From Callorhinchus milii (Eukaryota), in the NCBI RefSeq assembly GCF_018977255.1, contig NW_024704742.1:64792001-64856000 (forward strand): a DNA stretch of 64,000 bases, written 5' to 3'. Numbering within the stretch: position 1 is the stretch's first letter; each line of letters starts with the position of its first letter. Under the pieces are notes generated by a model, which was not told the origin of the DNA, made no database searches, and was given only the letters and a program-made list of their open reading frames with translations. Shown one piece after another: positions 23,985-37,200 of this stretch. The translations under genes and the position numbers were made by a program.

Positions 23985-24490
23985 AGTGCAGCGGTCAGGA
24001 GTCTCCAGCTCACGCTGTTGAGTAACCGGCCAGCAGGAGGCACATGAGATTTGTATAGATTTGTTTTGGTCAGCCAGGTGTCTGACACAGAAGGAAACCC
24101 ATGACCACGCTTAAGATTATAAACCAACAAACAAACCAAACTCAGATTTCCAGGCCTCCCACCTACACATGGAAATCCCAGAGATAATTGTTGGAATGGA
24201 ATACGACTCTCTCCCTGGAGGGACACATCCTGTTTACCTAATTCCGGAAAGTGTTAGGTGCAGGATGGCAAGAGCCAAGGCTTGGGGACCTCAGAGTGTG
24301 CATTGGGGTAACTGCTGTAGTCTAACCAGCTTAAACCGCATAGCTTGCCATTGATATTGCTGTCTGGCAATCTTTTCCACTGCTTGTCCAGCTAGGACCA
24401 CCCTACCTGTTAGGGCTTTGGCTTGCAGGGTTAACAAGAGCTGAGTGGGGATGATTCCCTGTCCCCAGTGACTGCCCTTTCATTTTAGCA
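23985..24490 (+). repeat. Unclassified interspersed repeat, longest copy
   Basis: Shares CTCCCTGGAGGGACACATCCTG and AACCGCATAGCTTGCCATTGA with the copies at 27605, 30350, 32050 and 4190. Confidence 0.8.
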
Positions 24491-24994
24491 ATTTTTCTTC
24501 AGAATGGGCAACAAAATACTACTTACAATGAAGACGTGAAAAGCGCTATATCAAATGCAAGGATTATTATTATTAGAATTACAAATGGCTGTTGTCTGAC
24601 AGGGAAGATGTAAACCATGCTGATCAAAAAAAATTGCACCGTTTATATTTTCTTTGTCTTTTTAAAATTAAGCACTTTACCTGTTGAGATGCTGCTGCGG
24701 CCAAGGATTCTTGTCCTGCCCAATAATCTCCCAGATAAAATTCGTCATTCACTTCATGGGTGACATGGCTGTGTGCAGATTAGTGGGTTCATCGACAAAA
24801 TATAGTAACTATCCTTCACAGTAAAATTCTGTGAAACACTTTGGGATGGTTTGATGATGGGATAAGGCGCCGTATCAAATGCAATGATTATTTTTCTTTC
24901 AAATGTCACTTTGGATTTGGATATAATAATTGATTATTCCTTTAGATTTTCCACACAATGTAATCAAAAGTAATCTAACAGTAATCTAACTAAC

Positions 24995-25718
24995 TCACTC
25001 AACCAGTGCGCAATCTAGGCGTCCGGTTCGACCCCCAGCTGTCCTTTTCATACATCCAGTCCCTGACCAGGAATGCCTTCCTCCACCTCAGCCACATTGC
25101 CCGCCTCCGACCGTGCCTTACCGCAACTGCAGCTGAAACCCTTGTGCATGCATTTGTCACCTCCCTCCTGGATTACTCAAACGTACTCCTCGCTGGTCTC
25201 CCCAGCTCCACTTTTCAAAAGATCCAGCTCATTCAGAACTCTGCTGCCCCATACTGACCCGGATGGACCAAACTCCGTACCCACATCTCACCAGTTCTGG
25301 CCAGGCTTCACTGGCTCCACATCACCAAGCAAATCAACTTCAAGATCCTCAGACTCCTGTTCAAATCCATTCACTTCCTGGCACCTCCCTACCTCTCCAT
25401 CCTCCTCACTCCCCAATCCACCACCCGGCACCTCCACTCAACTGGCACCGGCCTCCTGCTCACCCCTCGCGCCCTCCGCCCCACCATCGGAGGTCGCGCA
25501 TTCAGCCACTATGCCCCAAAACTCTGGAACACTCTCCCTCAATCCCTCCGCCTTTTGCCTTTCTCCCCTTTTTCAAGTCCCATCTAACTTTTTTCCTTTC
25601 GTCTGTGCTTACGGTCAACCTCACCACCTCTCTCCCCCCCCCCCCTCCCCCGGCTCAGAGTCACGCTCCGCCATGCTATCCTGCATGGAGGGTGCTGTAT
25701 AAGTGCATGTTGTTGTTG
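24995..25718 (+). mobile_element. LINE L2 3' fragment
   Basis: [39 protein letters not shown]-type motifs; (TTG)n tail. Confidence 0.9.
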
Positions 25719-27004
25719 TAAATTGCATCATTTTACAGGAATAGCTTTAAAAAGAAAACCTCATATGAACCCAGACTAGAATGCATTTTGTTTTTCCACT
25801 AAGATTATTATTTTAAATTTTGTAAATATTTTGAAAGAGAAAAATATGAAAAGTTGCAGAAAAAGGTGAGTAAAGTGGGACTAAATGAATATCTTTTTCA
25901 GAGAGCTGGCACAGGCAGCATAGGCCAAATAGCTCCTTACAATCTGTAAAATGCTATACAGTCTCTTCACAAGGGCTGTTTACAACAAAACAACTTGCAT
26001 TTACCTAGCGCCCCTCAGGCACAAGGGGGCACTGTACATAGTACTGTACATAGTATTCCAGGTGTAACTATACAGCTTGAGCATGACCTCTGGGGATTTA
26101 TACTCAACTGACTTGACGATGGAGCCCAGCATCCTGTTTGCCTCACACTATTTGGTTATGATGAGTGATGAGTGAATGATGAGTGAACTTAATCCTCTGG
26201 CCAGAATCAAAGACTCACTTGCTGCTGCTCTGAGCCTCTGGTAACTTTAGTACTGAAATTCCTGGCTATCTCCCTGATGTAGATCTTATTTTCACCACCT
26301 ATTTCCACATTCTTTCCCTCAGCCAACAGAGGGCAATCATCTGAGGGTGTGGACATCTCTACAGTCACTGCCAGTACTGTCTTTCAATGGACGAGTAGGG
26401 AGTGCAGTTGCACAAGACAGATCCTTCGTTCCCCTCAGTGCCCTCCATTCACATAACTTGTTGCATATAATGGCCATAACAGAGATTTAACAAAACTCAC
26501 AATTGAAGGCAGCATCATTACAAAATATTGGACTTGAACAACTGAAGATTTTGTCCTGAAGAAGAAACGTATATTTAGACACACAAATACCAATGTGTAA
26601 AGCATTGCAACAGCTACTCAACAACTGAAGTGCTAAACAAACAGCAGAGAAAGGGTTAAATAAGTTACGGCCTGAGGCTTTATTTAAGCCTTCGTAAAGC
26701 CTTCACAAGCCTTCAATATCATCAGTGTGGATAACACACTGACTGAAGTCATGAGACTTTCAGGCAGTATCATAAGAGTACAAGCAGTGAATGAAGATGA
26801 ACCAAATTGTGTCATATCACTTGATAAAAGAAAATACACGAGTCACCCTGGCTTATATAACCCCCGAAGAGACAACTCAAGTGCAGCACTGGCGATGGTG
26901 AATGCATCATTGGATCAAAAAGGGGTAGGGAGAAATCTCTGAGATTGACTGTGATCATGGAATTAACAGCAGGAGAAAAGAATATTGAAAAACAAATCTG
27001 TTAC

Positions 27005-27480
27005 AAATTACAAAATTACATTTGTACAATTCCTTTCGTGTCGGGAGGACGTCCCAAGGCACTGGACAGTCTGGGATTGTCAGAGGTTTAGGATAACGGA
27101 GGGTGGATGGCAGGGAGAGTAGGAGGGTGGCCGAAGGGGCGGTTGAAGAGGAGGGTCTTGAGACGTGCCTTGAAGGAGGCAAGGGAGGGAGTGAGGCGAA
27201 GGGAATGTGGGAATGGAGTTCCAAAGGGTTGGGGCAGAGGGGCTGAAGGCTTGACCGCCGCTGGTGGAGCAGGCAATAGCCTGCTGAACAGAGGGGGTGG
27301 CCGGGTTGATATGGAGGCAGCAGGTCAGAGATGTAGGGGGGGGCAAGGACATGGAGGGCCTTGAAGGCGAGGATGTGGATTTTGACCTCGATCCTCTGAG
27401 GGATGGGGAGCCAGTGGAGCCGAGCGAGGGTGGGGGTGATGGGGTCGCGGAGCCCGGTGCAGGGAGAGAGGACACGAGCT
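27005..27480 (-). mobile_element. LINE L2 3' fragment
   Basis: [21 protein letters not shown] motif in ORF 26955..27545. Confidence 0.88.
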
Positions 27481-27604
27481 GAGACCGGAGGCCTGTGGCA
27501 CTGCATCTGAGCATCCAACCTCTGCTGAGTGCCCGCAGCAGTCAAAGTGCCCCCGTGTGGTCATAAAATATGTACAATAAAAATACACAGGGGTCAACAG
27601 TTGG

Positions 27605-27870
27605 ACAAGCAGCGGGAAAGCTTGCCAGACAGCAGTATCAATGGCAAGCTATGCGGTTTTAGCTGGTTACACGACAGCAGTTACCCCAACACATAATCTG
27701 GGGTCCCAAAGCCTTGGCTCTCGCCATCCTGCACCAATACTTTCCAGAACTGGGTACACAGGATCTGTCCCTCCAGGGAGAGAGTCACATTCCATTCCAA
27801 AATCTATCTCTGGGATTTCCATGTGTAAGTGGGATGCACGGAGATGGGTTCCTGCACCCGGCTGGCACCC
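27605..27870 (-). repeat. Unclassified interspersed repeat copy
   Basis: Reverse complement of part of the 23985 copy. Confidence 0.8.
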
Positions 27871-28479
27871 AAAAAAATCAATATTGCAGAATTCCTATAG
27901 GGTCATTGTAAAGGGTTTTCTGGTGTGTTCGGGCATTCCCATGATCCACAAAGCGCGTGTTATTTAAAAGCACATTTTAAGGATGCTCCAGTATGAAACC
28001 AAACAATGTTTAGGAATATTGGCAATTTTAAACCTGATTTTTAAAAAGCACTTTATGGCCCGTTTTTTTTTAAGAAACCTGCATAGGCACACTCCAAAAG
28101 TTTGGATTACAACTGATAATTTTGCTGCCCGGTTTAAATTTCTTTACATCATTTTGAATCAAAGCCGCTGAGCTAAACTCATTCATTCCCCTTCAGTGCA
28201 ATACAAAGTTTGTGGGGCACTCTTGTGTGCAATTGGCTGCTGTGATTGTCAATTGTCAGCGCCTTGGGACGTCCTCCCAACGTGAAAGGCGCTCTATAAA
28301 TGTAATGTTGTTGTTGTGATTCACCCACAAAATACACAGTCAATCCACTTTACAGTATATTCTGTGAAGCGCTTTGAGCCGTCTCAAGGACAGGATGAAG
28401 CGCTATATCAAATGCAAAGATTATTACTATTAATTCAGGGTTTTTTTCAGAGAAAAAAGAATCGCGCAACAACATCAGA

Positions 28480-29100
28480 CGAAATTGAGATTCCACCGTG
28501 TTGCTTTAACCAGTTACTTTATTATACATGTTTAGAGCAATGTGACAACTCAGCCTGCGCAATGTATAAACTGCAGTCAGATGCTATCGGAGGCATCTTT
28601 CCTTCCGGCTGCTGTCAATTGCGGTTAAATATGCACCAAATTTATCACTTGCCCCCCCACCCCCCACCTTCACAAAGCGATTTATGTATTTACTGGAAAT
28701 CCAGTTAAAAGACCTATTGGGTTCAGTCCCAGGGCTCCCAGGGCTGCTGCTGCTGCTCCTGCATTCAAACGCATGCGCTGCTGTTTTTGATGAAATGTGA
28801 CACTGCTTCCTGATTCTCTGGTTTCAGAGGAGAAAAGGGAGACCGGAGAAGCGATTCAGCCAGGAATCGGGAGCAAACAAAGCAGCAGGAATCGAGTCAA
28901 ACAGTTCACTCCTTCAGTGCGAAAACAGGGACTTCGCCCTCCTCTGTCCTGATCGTAAAAAGGTACCAATCCTCTTCCAAAGCCATTCATTGCTCGCCAC
29001 TGATTCCGTGTCGCTGCTGATTGACAAGCAAACTGATTGGTTTCAAACGCAGCTAAACAAACCTGTGTTGTCTGAAGCGAGTTTTAATTGGAAAAAGTAA
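28480..29100. promoter_or_regulatory. Candidate (bidirectional) promoter / 5' non-coding exon region for MFSD10 and possibly NOP14
   Basis: Non-repetitive, locally CpG-richer stretch between divergent genes; NRF1-like CGCATGCGC at 28770-28778; plus-strand donor candidates AAG|GTACCA (28962) and AAA|GTAAGG (29096). Confidence 0.45.
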
Positions 29101-30349
29101 GGGTCAATCTGCTGAAAGCATGGGGAGTGCGGTATTTTTACATGCAAAATATTATTTAAAGCAACGCTACAACTGTAATAATAACACTTTCTGTTTAAGG
29201 AAAAAAAAGCACAGTATCAATGATATGCTAATAGATGCGGTTTAACCTGATAAACTAGTGCTGCAGTAATAAAGGCAGAGAAGAAAAACAGGCTGATCTC
29301 CCAAACTCAATGTTAATATTTTCCACTCCGCAAAAAGTATCAAATTGTACAGACAACTAACCACACTTGCACAAACTCTTTCAGCCATGCTACCGTTTAT
29401 TTGCAACCAGCTTGAGGGGCAACTGAGATGAAAACAGCAGCAACACAGACAAGAACTCAGAAAGCAGCTCTCCTGTGACTCAGCACTGCTGGATTGTGGC
29501 CTGTAGACTTCTTGACTAAGTGCAGACACCGACTTGAAGTCAGCCTGAAGGCTGGGCTTTGGGTTCCTGGGGTGATGATAATAATAATCCTTGCATTTCA
29601 TATAGCGCCTTATCACATCATTGAAACGTTGCAAAGTGCCTCGCAGAATATGTTGTAAAATGAATTGACTGTATATTTTGTGGGCGAAACTCACATGAAC
29701 ATGAGCTAAGAGATTCGCTTCTTAACTCCAGACCCCTTTTAAAATGCCCCTGTTCTCTGGTACTCTATCCGGAGTCCCGGTGACTCACTCCCCTTGTTTA
29801 AGGTACATCTCAAAATGTTCCTGTTTGATTGTATTTCCACTCCCCTCACCCCCCACCCTCAGCTCAGTGTCCTCCAGCTTTATCAAGCATTTGGGACATC
29901 CTCACATCCTATATCATTGTAAATTGCATTGCACTGTCTACCAGATAACCTGATGTTTCAGCACAGAAGGACCCTGTGGCTTTTGCTCCACTGAACATTC
30001 AGGAGGACATGCATGAACATGTCTTCTCATCTGTTTTAGAGAACCTGATACATTGCTGCCAGGCTCTCCAGTTCGGGGATAGCTCACTGATTTGTTTGAG
30101 GTGGGAATAAATTCTAAACAGCAGTGATAAGTGAGTTTATTCAATCTGGTTCAGGATTTGACCCAGGTCAGCGCTGAGTTAGTTCATCTCGAGTGGGGGT
30201 GTAATGGGGGTTCTACACTTTGCTTCTACATCCTGGTGCACATGTCGGTAAGTGCACATGTGGCAGTGGGTCATGACAAGTTGAATCATGGGAACGGAGT
30301 CTTGACCCATCACTGCATTGAATTACGCATGCGCAGTATAAGGGAAAGC

Positions 30350-30630
30350 GCAAGGAAAGCGTGCCAGACACCAATATCAACAACAAGCTACGTAGATTTA
30401 GCTGGTTAGACTCCAGCAGTACCCCATCACACACTCTGGGGTCCCCAGCCTTGGCTCTTGCCAACCTACGCCTAATACTTTCCTGGAATTAAGTAAACAG
30501 GATGTGTCCCTCCAGGGGGAAAGTGTTCATTTCATTCCAACAATCTATCTCTGGGATTTCCATGCGTAGGTGGGATCATGGAAACTCAGTTTGGTTTGGA
30601 TACATGTGTCAGACACTCAGCTGACCAAAA
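30350..30630 (-). repeat. Unclassified interspersed repeat copy
   Basis: Reverse complement of part of the 23985 copy, including GGTCAGCTGAGTGTCTGACAC. Confidence 0.8.
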
Positions 30631-31014
30631 AATAATAATCCTGTGAAGCGCTTTGAGATGTTATAAGCTGCTGTATGAAATGCAAGGATAATTATTGTAC
30701 TATATAGGTTAAACAACAAAAACAAGATTACATTTGTGTAGCGCCTTTCACGTCGGGAGGACGTCCCAAAGGTATGGTTTCTGTGGTACACAGAAATCAC
30801 TTCATTCAATTCCAAGATTATTGTAACTTGTAAATCTTTGCACAGAAGAATGAGTGATGACTGCTGTCAAAATCTTACTGGATTCTGATAAAGGAAGTAA
30901 ACATGAGTCAGCAGATTGCATACGTGTCTTTTCTCTCTCCTCAGCCTCAAAGAATGTGAAGCTGGGAAAAAAAAAGTCTTGAATCTTATTTCCTTGTAAA
31001 TTCTCTGCATAAAC

Positions 31015-31203
31015 ATGGAGAGAAACGAGGAGCAGAGCCACACTGAAGAGAGCAGCCAACTCGAGAGCAGATCAAAGGCCAACCAGGATTCCTCGCGTGT
31101 CATTACTATTGTCTTTTTGGCACTTCTCATTGACCTGCTTGGATTTACTCTTATTCTGCCACTCTTTCCCTCCATGCTGGATTACTATGGCAAGACTGAC
31201 CGT
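31015..31203 (+). CDS. MFSD10: MFSD10 coding exon 1
   Basis: ATG in ACATGG context; donor CGT|GTAAGT; upstream acceptor TCTCTCCTCAG| (exon would start at 30945). Confidence 0.92.
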
Positions 31204-34200
31204 GTAAGTAGACACAGGAAATGTACTGTATATCTTAATGTTCAAATGTATGATTCTTCCTCTTTTTGATGTTTCTGTTGTTTAATTTCCTTCCTTCCTC
31301 TACTGAAGGTAGTGACGTTGCTAAAGTCCATTTTTGCGGGCTCCAATAGCTCTCTGGTTCCTAGTGAGTGTGAGACCATCCGTGGCCGTGCTTTCACCCA
31401 CTACGCCCCGAAACTATGGAACTCTGTGCCTCAATCCCTCTGCCTTGCCTCCTCCTTCTCTGTCTTCAGATCGTATCTGTATCTTCCTCTTCGAACGTGC
31501 CTACGGTCATCTCCTCCCTCTCCCAGACTTGCATTTGAATGTAAAGCAATGGGAGGACAAGAGAAAAAAAATTTGCTGTTTAGCTGCCCCATTTCATTGC
31601 AATTGTGCAACTATTGTAGAATTACAACTATTGAAAATTTGCAACTCTGTTGAGCGAACTATTAATCTGATGTATGTATGAAGTATAACATATGCCCCCC
31701 AATAACCCAATCTTTCAGGCAACATTAATTAAACTGCATCCACTCATGTCCACATCTGTAAGGAATCTGCATTTGCAAGGCAATTAAACTTGAATTTGTT
31801 TCTATTAGGCCCAAACTAGGTCTGTTTTGACATCTACGGTGAACTCATCAATGCATCTGAGTTGTGAAATATCTGACTGGAAACAGAGTTGAGTCACACT
31901 TGCAATGAACGGGGGTGGAAATGGGCTCTTGAGATGACAAAAGCGATCTTGCAAGACTGTATAATTAATAAGCTGTGCAGCTTGCTCCACATTGTACAGG
32001 TTGTCCACAAAGTCCTCTTACACCCGTTACAAAACAGCGATACAATAAACTGTTGGAATGGAATGCGCACTCTCTCCCTGGAGGGACGTATCCTGCTTAC
32101 CTAATTCCGGAAAGTGTTAGGCGCAGGTTGGCAAAAACCAAGGCTTGGAGACCCCGGAGTGTCCATTTGGGTACTGCTGGAATCCAACCAGCTAAAACCG
32201 GATAGCTTGCCATTGAAATAGATGTTTGGCAAGCTTTCCTGCTGCTTGTTGCAAAATAAGCCGAACGTGCAAATCTATTGGATGTCTGGAAGAAATCCTG
32301 TGATAAAAGGTTTGGTTGTATGTGTCCGCTGTCTGGAAGTTTTTGAAATGGGTTGTTGGGCTAAATGGACTTCTCCCAATTTTTTATGTTCCTAAATGGC
32401 AGAAGATGAGTAGCAGAGGTTTGCACTTGAATCTAAGTGTAACATTTCTCCATCCTCCTGCAGCATCCTGATCGTGAAGTCTCAGCAGCAATCATAGACT
32501 CCCTACATTTTTTACCAGATTAATACAGATCTAATTTCTCAGCCATTGGGTTAAGATCAGAAATTGGGCCCTGATCAGAGAAGCTGATCCGGTTGATTGA
32601 TCATTGATCATGAATTCATGAATAGTGGATAATGGGTCTCCCAGCCTTTTGGAAGTTTGAGACCCAGATTTGGGTATTTGGAAGCATGGATTCCTTGACA
32701 CTGATTACCTTTGAGGCAACTCACACTCTCACATCCATTAGGCTAATTCAGCACAAGAGACGAGAGGGTGCAATCTCGATCACCGCAGAAAAAAAACAGT
32801 TCTGGGAGCAATGCCAGAGGAATTGTTCATTTACCAAATTGCACTCAGAAACATGAGATTCTTTCCCTCCCTTAATGATTTTTTTTTGTCCTTTCTACGC
32901 ACATTTCGATTCCCAGACGGGGCGAAACGTTAGGCAAATTTCTTACTCCGCACGCCTCTGTTTCCTAGTAGTAAGTAGGAACCCAGTTGTTAGTCGATTG
33001 GTGGATCACTTTCCAGGGTAATAATCCTTCCCAAAAAATAATAATAATTTGGTCACTCAGTCCGTGACTGTTTGTGGGGCACTGCTGTGCGCAATTGGCT
33101 GCTGCGTTTCACCCACAAAATACACTTTACAATATATTCTGCGATGCGCTTTGAGACATCTCAATTACGTGATAAGGCGCTATAATAAATGCAAGGATTA
33201 TTATTATTGTTTATTATTTTACATTCAGGCCTCATTGTCACCAAATGGATTACAGTGACAAGTTGTGCAAGTTGGAGCTAGCAACCAAGTCGCTGCTAGT
33301 AGTATTTTGGAAGAATGACAGATTAATAATGGTCTGCAAATGAAGTGACGGTTTGCTGTTACTAATCGTGATTCTTCCTCACCCAAGCCTTGCTCAACTT
33401 GATGTCCTTTCTTATTAATAGGGAGGCCTTTACCAGTCTATGCAGCACTCCGTGGACTGGTTTGCTGACGTGATTGGGGTTCCGTCTGAAAGAAAGTATA
33501 ACAGTGTCCTTTTTGGCGGTAAGTATCACGTTGTTTATAAGAAAATTGTTAAATAAGATTGCATTGCCGCATTAAATTAAATAATAATGTTTTGGATAGT
33601 ATACATCTTGTGTAGGGAAAAGATGGGGAGTCCAGCAAACAGTTAGCCTAGTCAAAACAGAAAGTGATGAATGCATGGATGAAAGTCTCAGCAGCTCAAG
33701 GGAAAAGGTAGTGGTGGAGGCGGGAATGTTTCAGGATTGGAGAAAGATGAGCAAGTCAGAGTACGGATAGTGGTTTTAAAGGACAGTTGGGAGGCAGTTG
33801 GAAGAACTTAAGTTTCACCCTGGCCCCTCAAGAAAGACCATACAGATTGATTCTGTCAGCGCCTTTCCTTTCATGGTTAACATGAATACCATATCAAAAA
33901 TTAATACTGATCTGCAGTTTGGAGGAGGGAGGAAGTGGAGTTTCCCTGGGGTTGAATTAATTGAAGAGACGCGCTTAGAAGAAATCACAAGTGGTTGTAG
34001 ATATTGACCAATTCTCTTCGGTTCAGTGAGACTTGGAAATGTGGAGATTTCCTGAGTCATGTGAAGCAAGGCATTAATAGATAGCTGAACAGTCCACAGC
34101 ATCGATTTTTCATTCCGCAGATGAAGTTATATGTATCATGCATTTGTAGGACCGTTCAGTAGATTTTTAACTTTTATGTTAAAATTTTAAGATTGTGCAG

Positions 34201-37200
34201 AATTTTGCTATATTGCGACATTTAGTCTTAATTTTGAAACCCTATTTCTGTGGGGAAGACCAGTTTATGCATCAAGGCCTAATTTAAGAATTTTCTAAAG
34301 TTTCTGCACAATCTTAAATTTTAAGACCATGATTTTAAGCCTACGATGATGAAATATTTCAGGCTTCTATAAGTAGACCCAGCGCTAGAAAGCAGAAGCT
34401 GCTAAATTGATATAGCAACTTGTTCCAGGTTTGAGGGTATGTTGATGTGGGAAGTTGAAGGAGATTGACTGATTCGGCGGGCACTGGCCTCCTCCATGAC
34501 CCCCCGCTCTGCCCACCTCACCATTGGCGGGCAGGTCTTCAGCTTTTCTGCCCCCTCTGTCTGGACTCCATTCCTGAATCCCTCCCCTTCGCCTCCTTCA
34601 AGGTCTGTCTCAAGATTTTACTCTTTGACCACACTCCCATTCCCACTTCGCCTACCCTGAAATTCTCTTGACTCCATCCCCCAGCTCGGGTGCAAACCCT
34701 TAACTGTCAAGTGCCTTGGGACGTCCCACTGATGTGAAAGGCAGTATATAACTGTAATTTGTTATTGTTGATTCAATGGTACATGATTGTTTTCCATTTT
34801 CTTTTATACCCTCTCCAGGGCTGATCGGAACCATTTTCTCCTTGTTGCAGTTCCTCTTGTCCCCGGTGACTGGTGCTGCTTCGGATTATTTTGGCCGGAG
34901 ACTGTTAATGATGCTGACTACAGTAGGTTTGTCCGAAGTTCAAACTTATTGCTGTGTGTGTGTGTGGGGTGGGGGGTGGGGGGGGAATCCAAATTAAAAG
35001 TTAACATTCAAATGTAATTTTCAGTATTTTTGGGAAGTAGCTTGAGTTGCAGTAGCATTCGGTGGTATGACTTAATTCTGGTTATCCTCAGGATTCCTTA
35101 TTAAGGAATCCTACTAAGAAATAGCGCAAATTGGACCCAGGAATCAATCCTTCATAATATTAGATTTAGTTTTGGTTAGGAATGAAGTCTCTCTCTCTCT
35201 GACCAGGGCTCCCTCTGCCTCCTGGACCTCTCCCTTGTCTTTGATCAAGTTGATCATGTCATCCTGCTCCACCACTTCTCCCTTATCTACCTTAGTGGAA
35301 CCTTATATCACACCTGAAGATCTTCCTCTGACTGTGCCTACGGTCATCTCCCTCCTCTCCCCAGCTCAGCATCAAGCTACACCACTGCTGAGCACTCCAA
35401 AACGTTACCCTGCTTGGCGAGCGCTGCATAAATGCAAGTTGTTGTTGAAGGAAGCTAAATATTTTAGGAACCCAATGATCTAAATGTGTTTCAGTTGGGC
35501 ATCAAACCAAGCAAATTAGACTGAATACAGATTTCTCAGAAGAATTCTCAGAAGAGTGCTTAGCTATGCTATTGATTTTTACTTGCACCGCTCAGGAGTG
35601 CATTCTGGAATTCTTATTGGTTAGGTTCCCAGTGCAGAAAATATCAGGCATGCAAGAGGCAGGATTATTTTGAAATCAGTACCCAACAAAAGGTGGTGCA
35701 ATCGGGATAAGACACCATGAGAACCTTAACAATAAATAACTTGTACTTGGCTGATAAGCAAGTGACTGCTAAATAGACGGTAGCGAAATGACTCATTATG
35801 TGTGAAGCAGCGAGGCACCACATAGTGACCTGGGCTAATTGTGGAACAAGAGTTCATTTCACTTTATAGACCAAGGAGAGTTATTCTTGATACAGAATTC
35901 ATATTCAGAGGTTACGTGTGCTGAGGAGGGTATTGTGCTGGATGGCTGATCTCTGTACAAATTACCATGCAATTACCATTCATTGTAATGGTTGAATTAC
36001 TTCAGAGTACAGTTCAAGGTGTCAAAGAAGAATCTGGCAAAGATGAGAGGGATACATTTAGTTGTTGCTGCTAATGAATCCTAGTTCATGGTGAACTGCA
36101 AACACTGTAACGAGCTACTCACATTAATGTGTAATAACAAATGCACTCAGACAGCAATCTAATATAGATGGGCCTCGAAGAGTGCTGTATAACACAAAAA
36201 TAAGTCTGTGGTTTACTTCCATTTCAATCTGTATGTATTATGCATGGCAACAAGCAATTTGGCTACCCATTTAGGAGGGCCACTGGGCCACTCCTTAACT
36301 GTCACCTTGTCTTAACATTGTCACCTTGTGTTTACATTGTCAACGGATTTTGCAGGATATTGAGGGAAAATTATTTCAGTGGTTGTTAAGAAATATGAAC
36401 TTAGTCCCATGTGCCTTAATAACTGCTTCAATCTCTTCTGTCTCTAAGGAATAACAACTACTATTTGTACTCATATAGTCTCATTTAGGTAAAATGAATC
36501 TAGTCCTACAGTTAAATTGTGGGTTTGACGAAATCTCATATAATTGCTGTGACGGACACTATATCAATACAAGTTGTTATTGTAGACACAATACTGCATA
36601 ATACAATTTAGTTGTGCGTAAGAATATTTCTAGTTGCAATTGGATTTATAAAAGTTAAATTAGCTCTTATAAGATCTTGCTTAAAATTAATGCATTTAAA
36701 AACTACAGGTAAAAATTATATATTATGGTGCCATTAGCTACAGCATTAAACTAACGTATAAAATTCTGCCTTGTTTCTATTAGTTATTCAGTATATATAA
36801 TTTATTCATAATAATCTAAGAGTCATATGACTTTCTCTTTGGGCTTCATACTTGTTCTCTTTGCAAGTTCAATGTCCATTTTTAATGACAAGAGTTAATT
36901 TAATACTTTCTGTGGAATTGTCCATAGTGACAAAATAAATTGAACTTCAGAATCTGTTTGTAAAGTGCTTGTTTCTTTGTTGAATCCTCTCCTAGGCTGG
37001 ATTGATTGCTTCTTATGCACTGTGGGCTATTTCCAGGAACTTTGGCCTTTTCCTTCTCTCTCGAGTTGTCGGGGGAATGAGCAAAGGGAACGTCAGCCTG
37101 TCCACAGCCATCATTGCAGACCTGCCATCACCACAGGCTCGTAGTAAAGGAATGGTAAAAATCCAACTTAAACCTGAACCTGAGAGTATTGATGTCCATC

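Noticed and set aside
26158..26188. Repeated RTGATGA (C-box-like) motifs suggesting a C/D snoRNA
   Set aside because: A short tandem slippage next to a CR1 remnant; no terminal stem and no evident rRNA guide.
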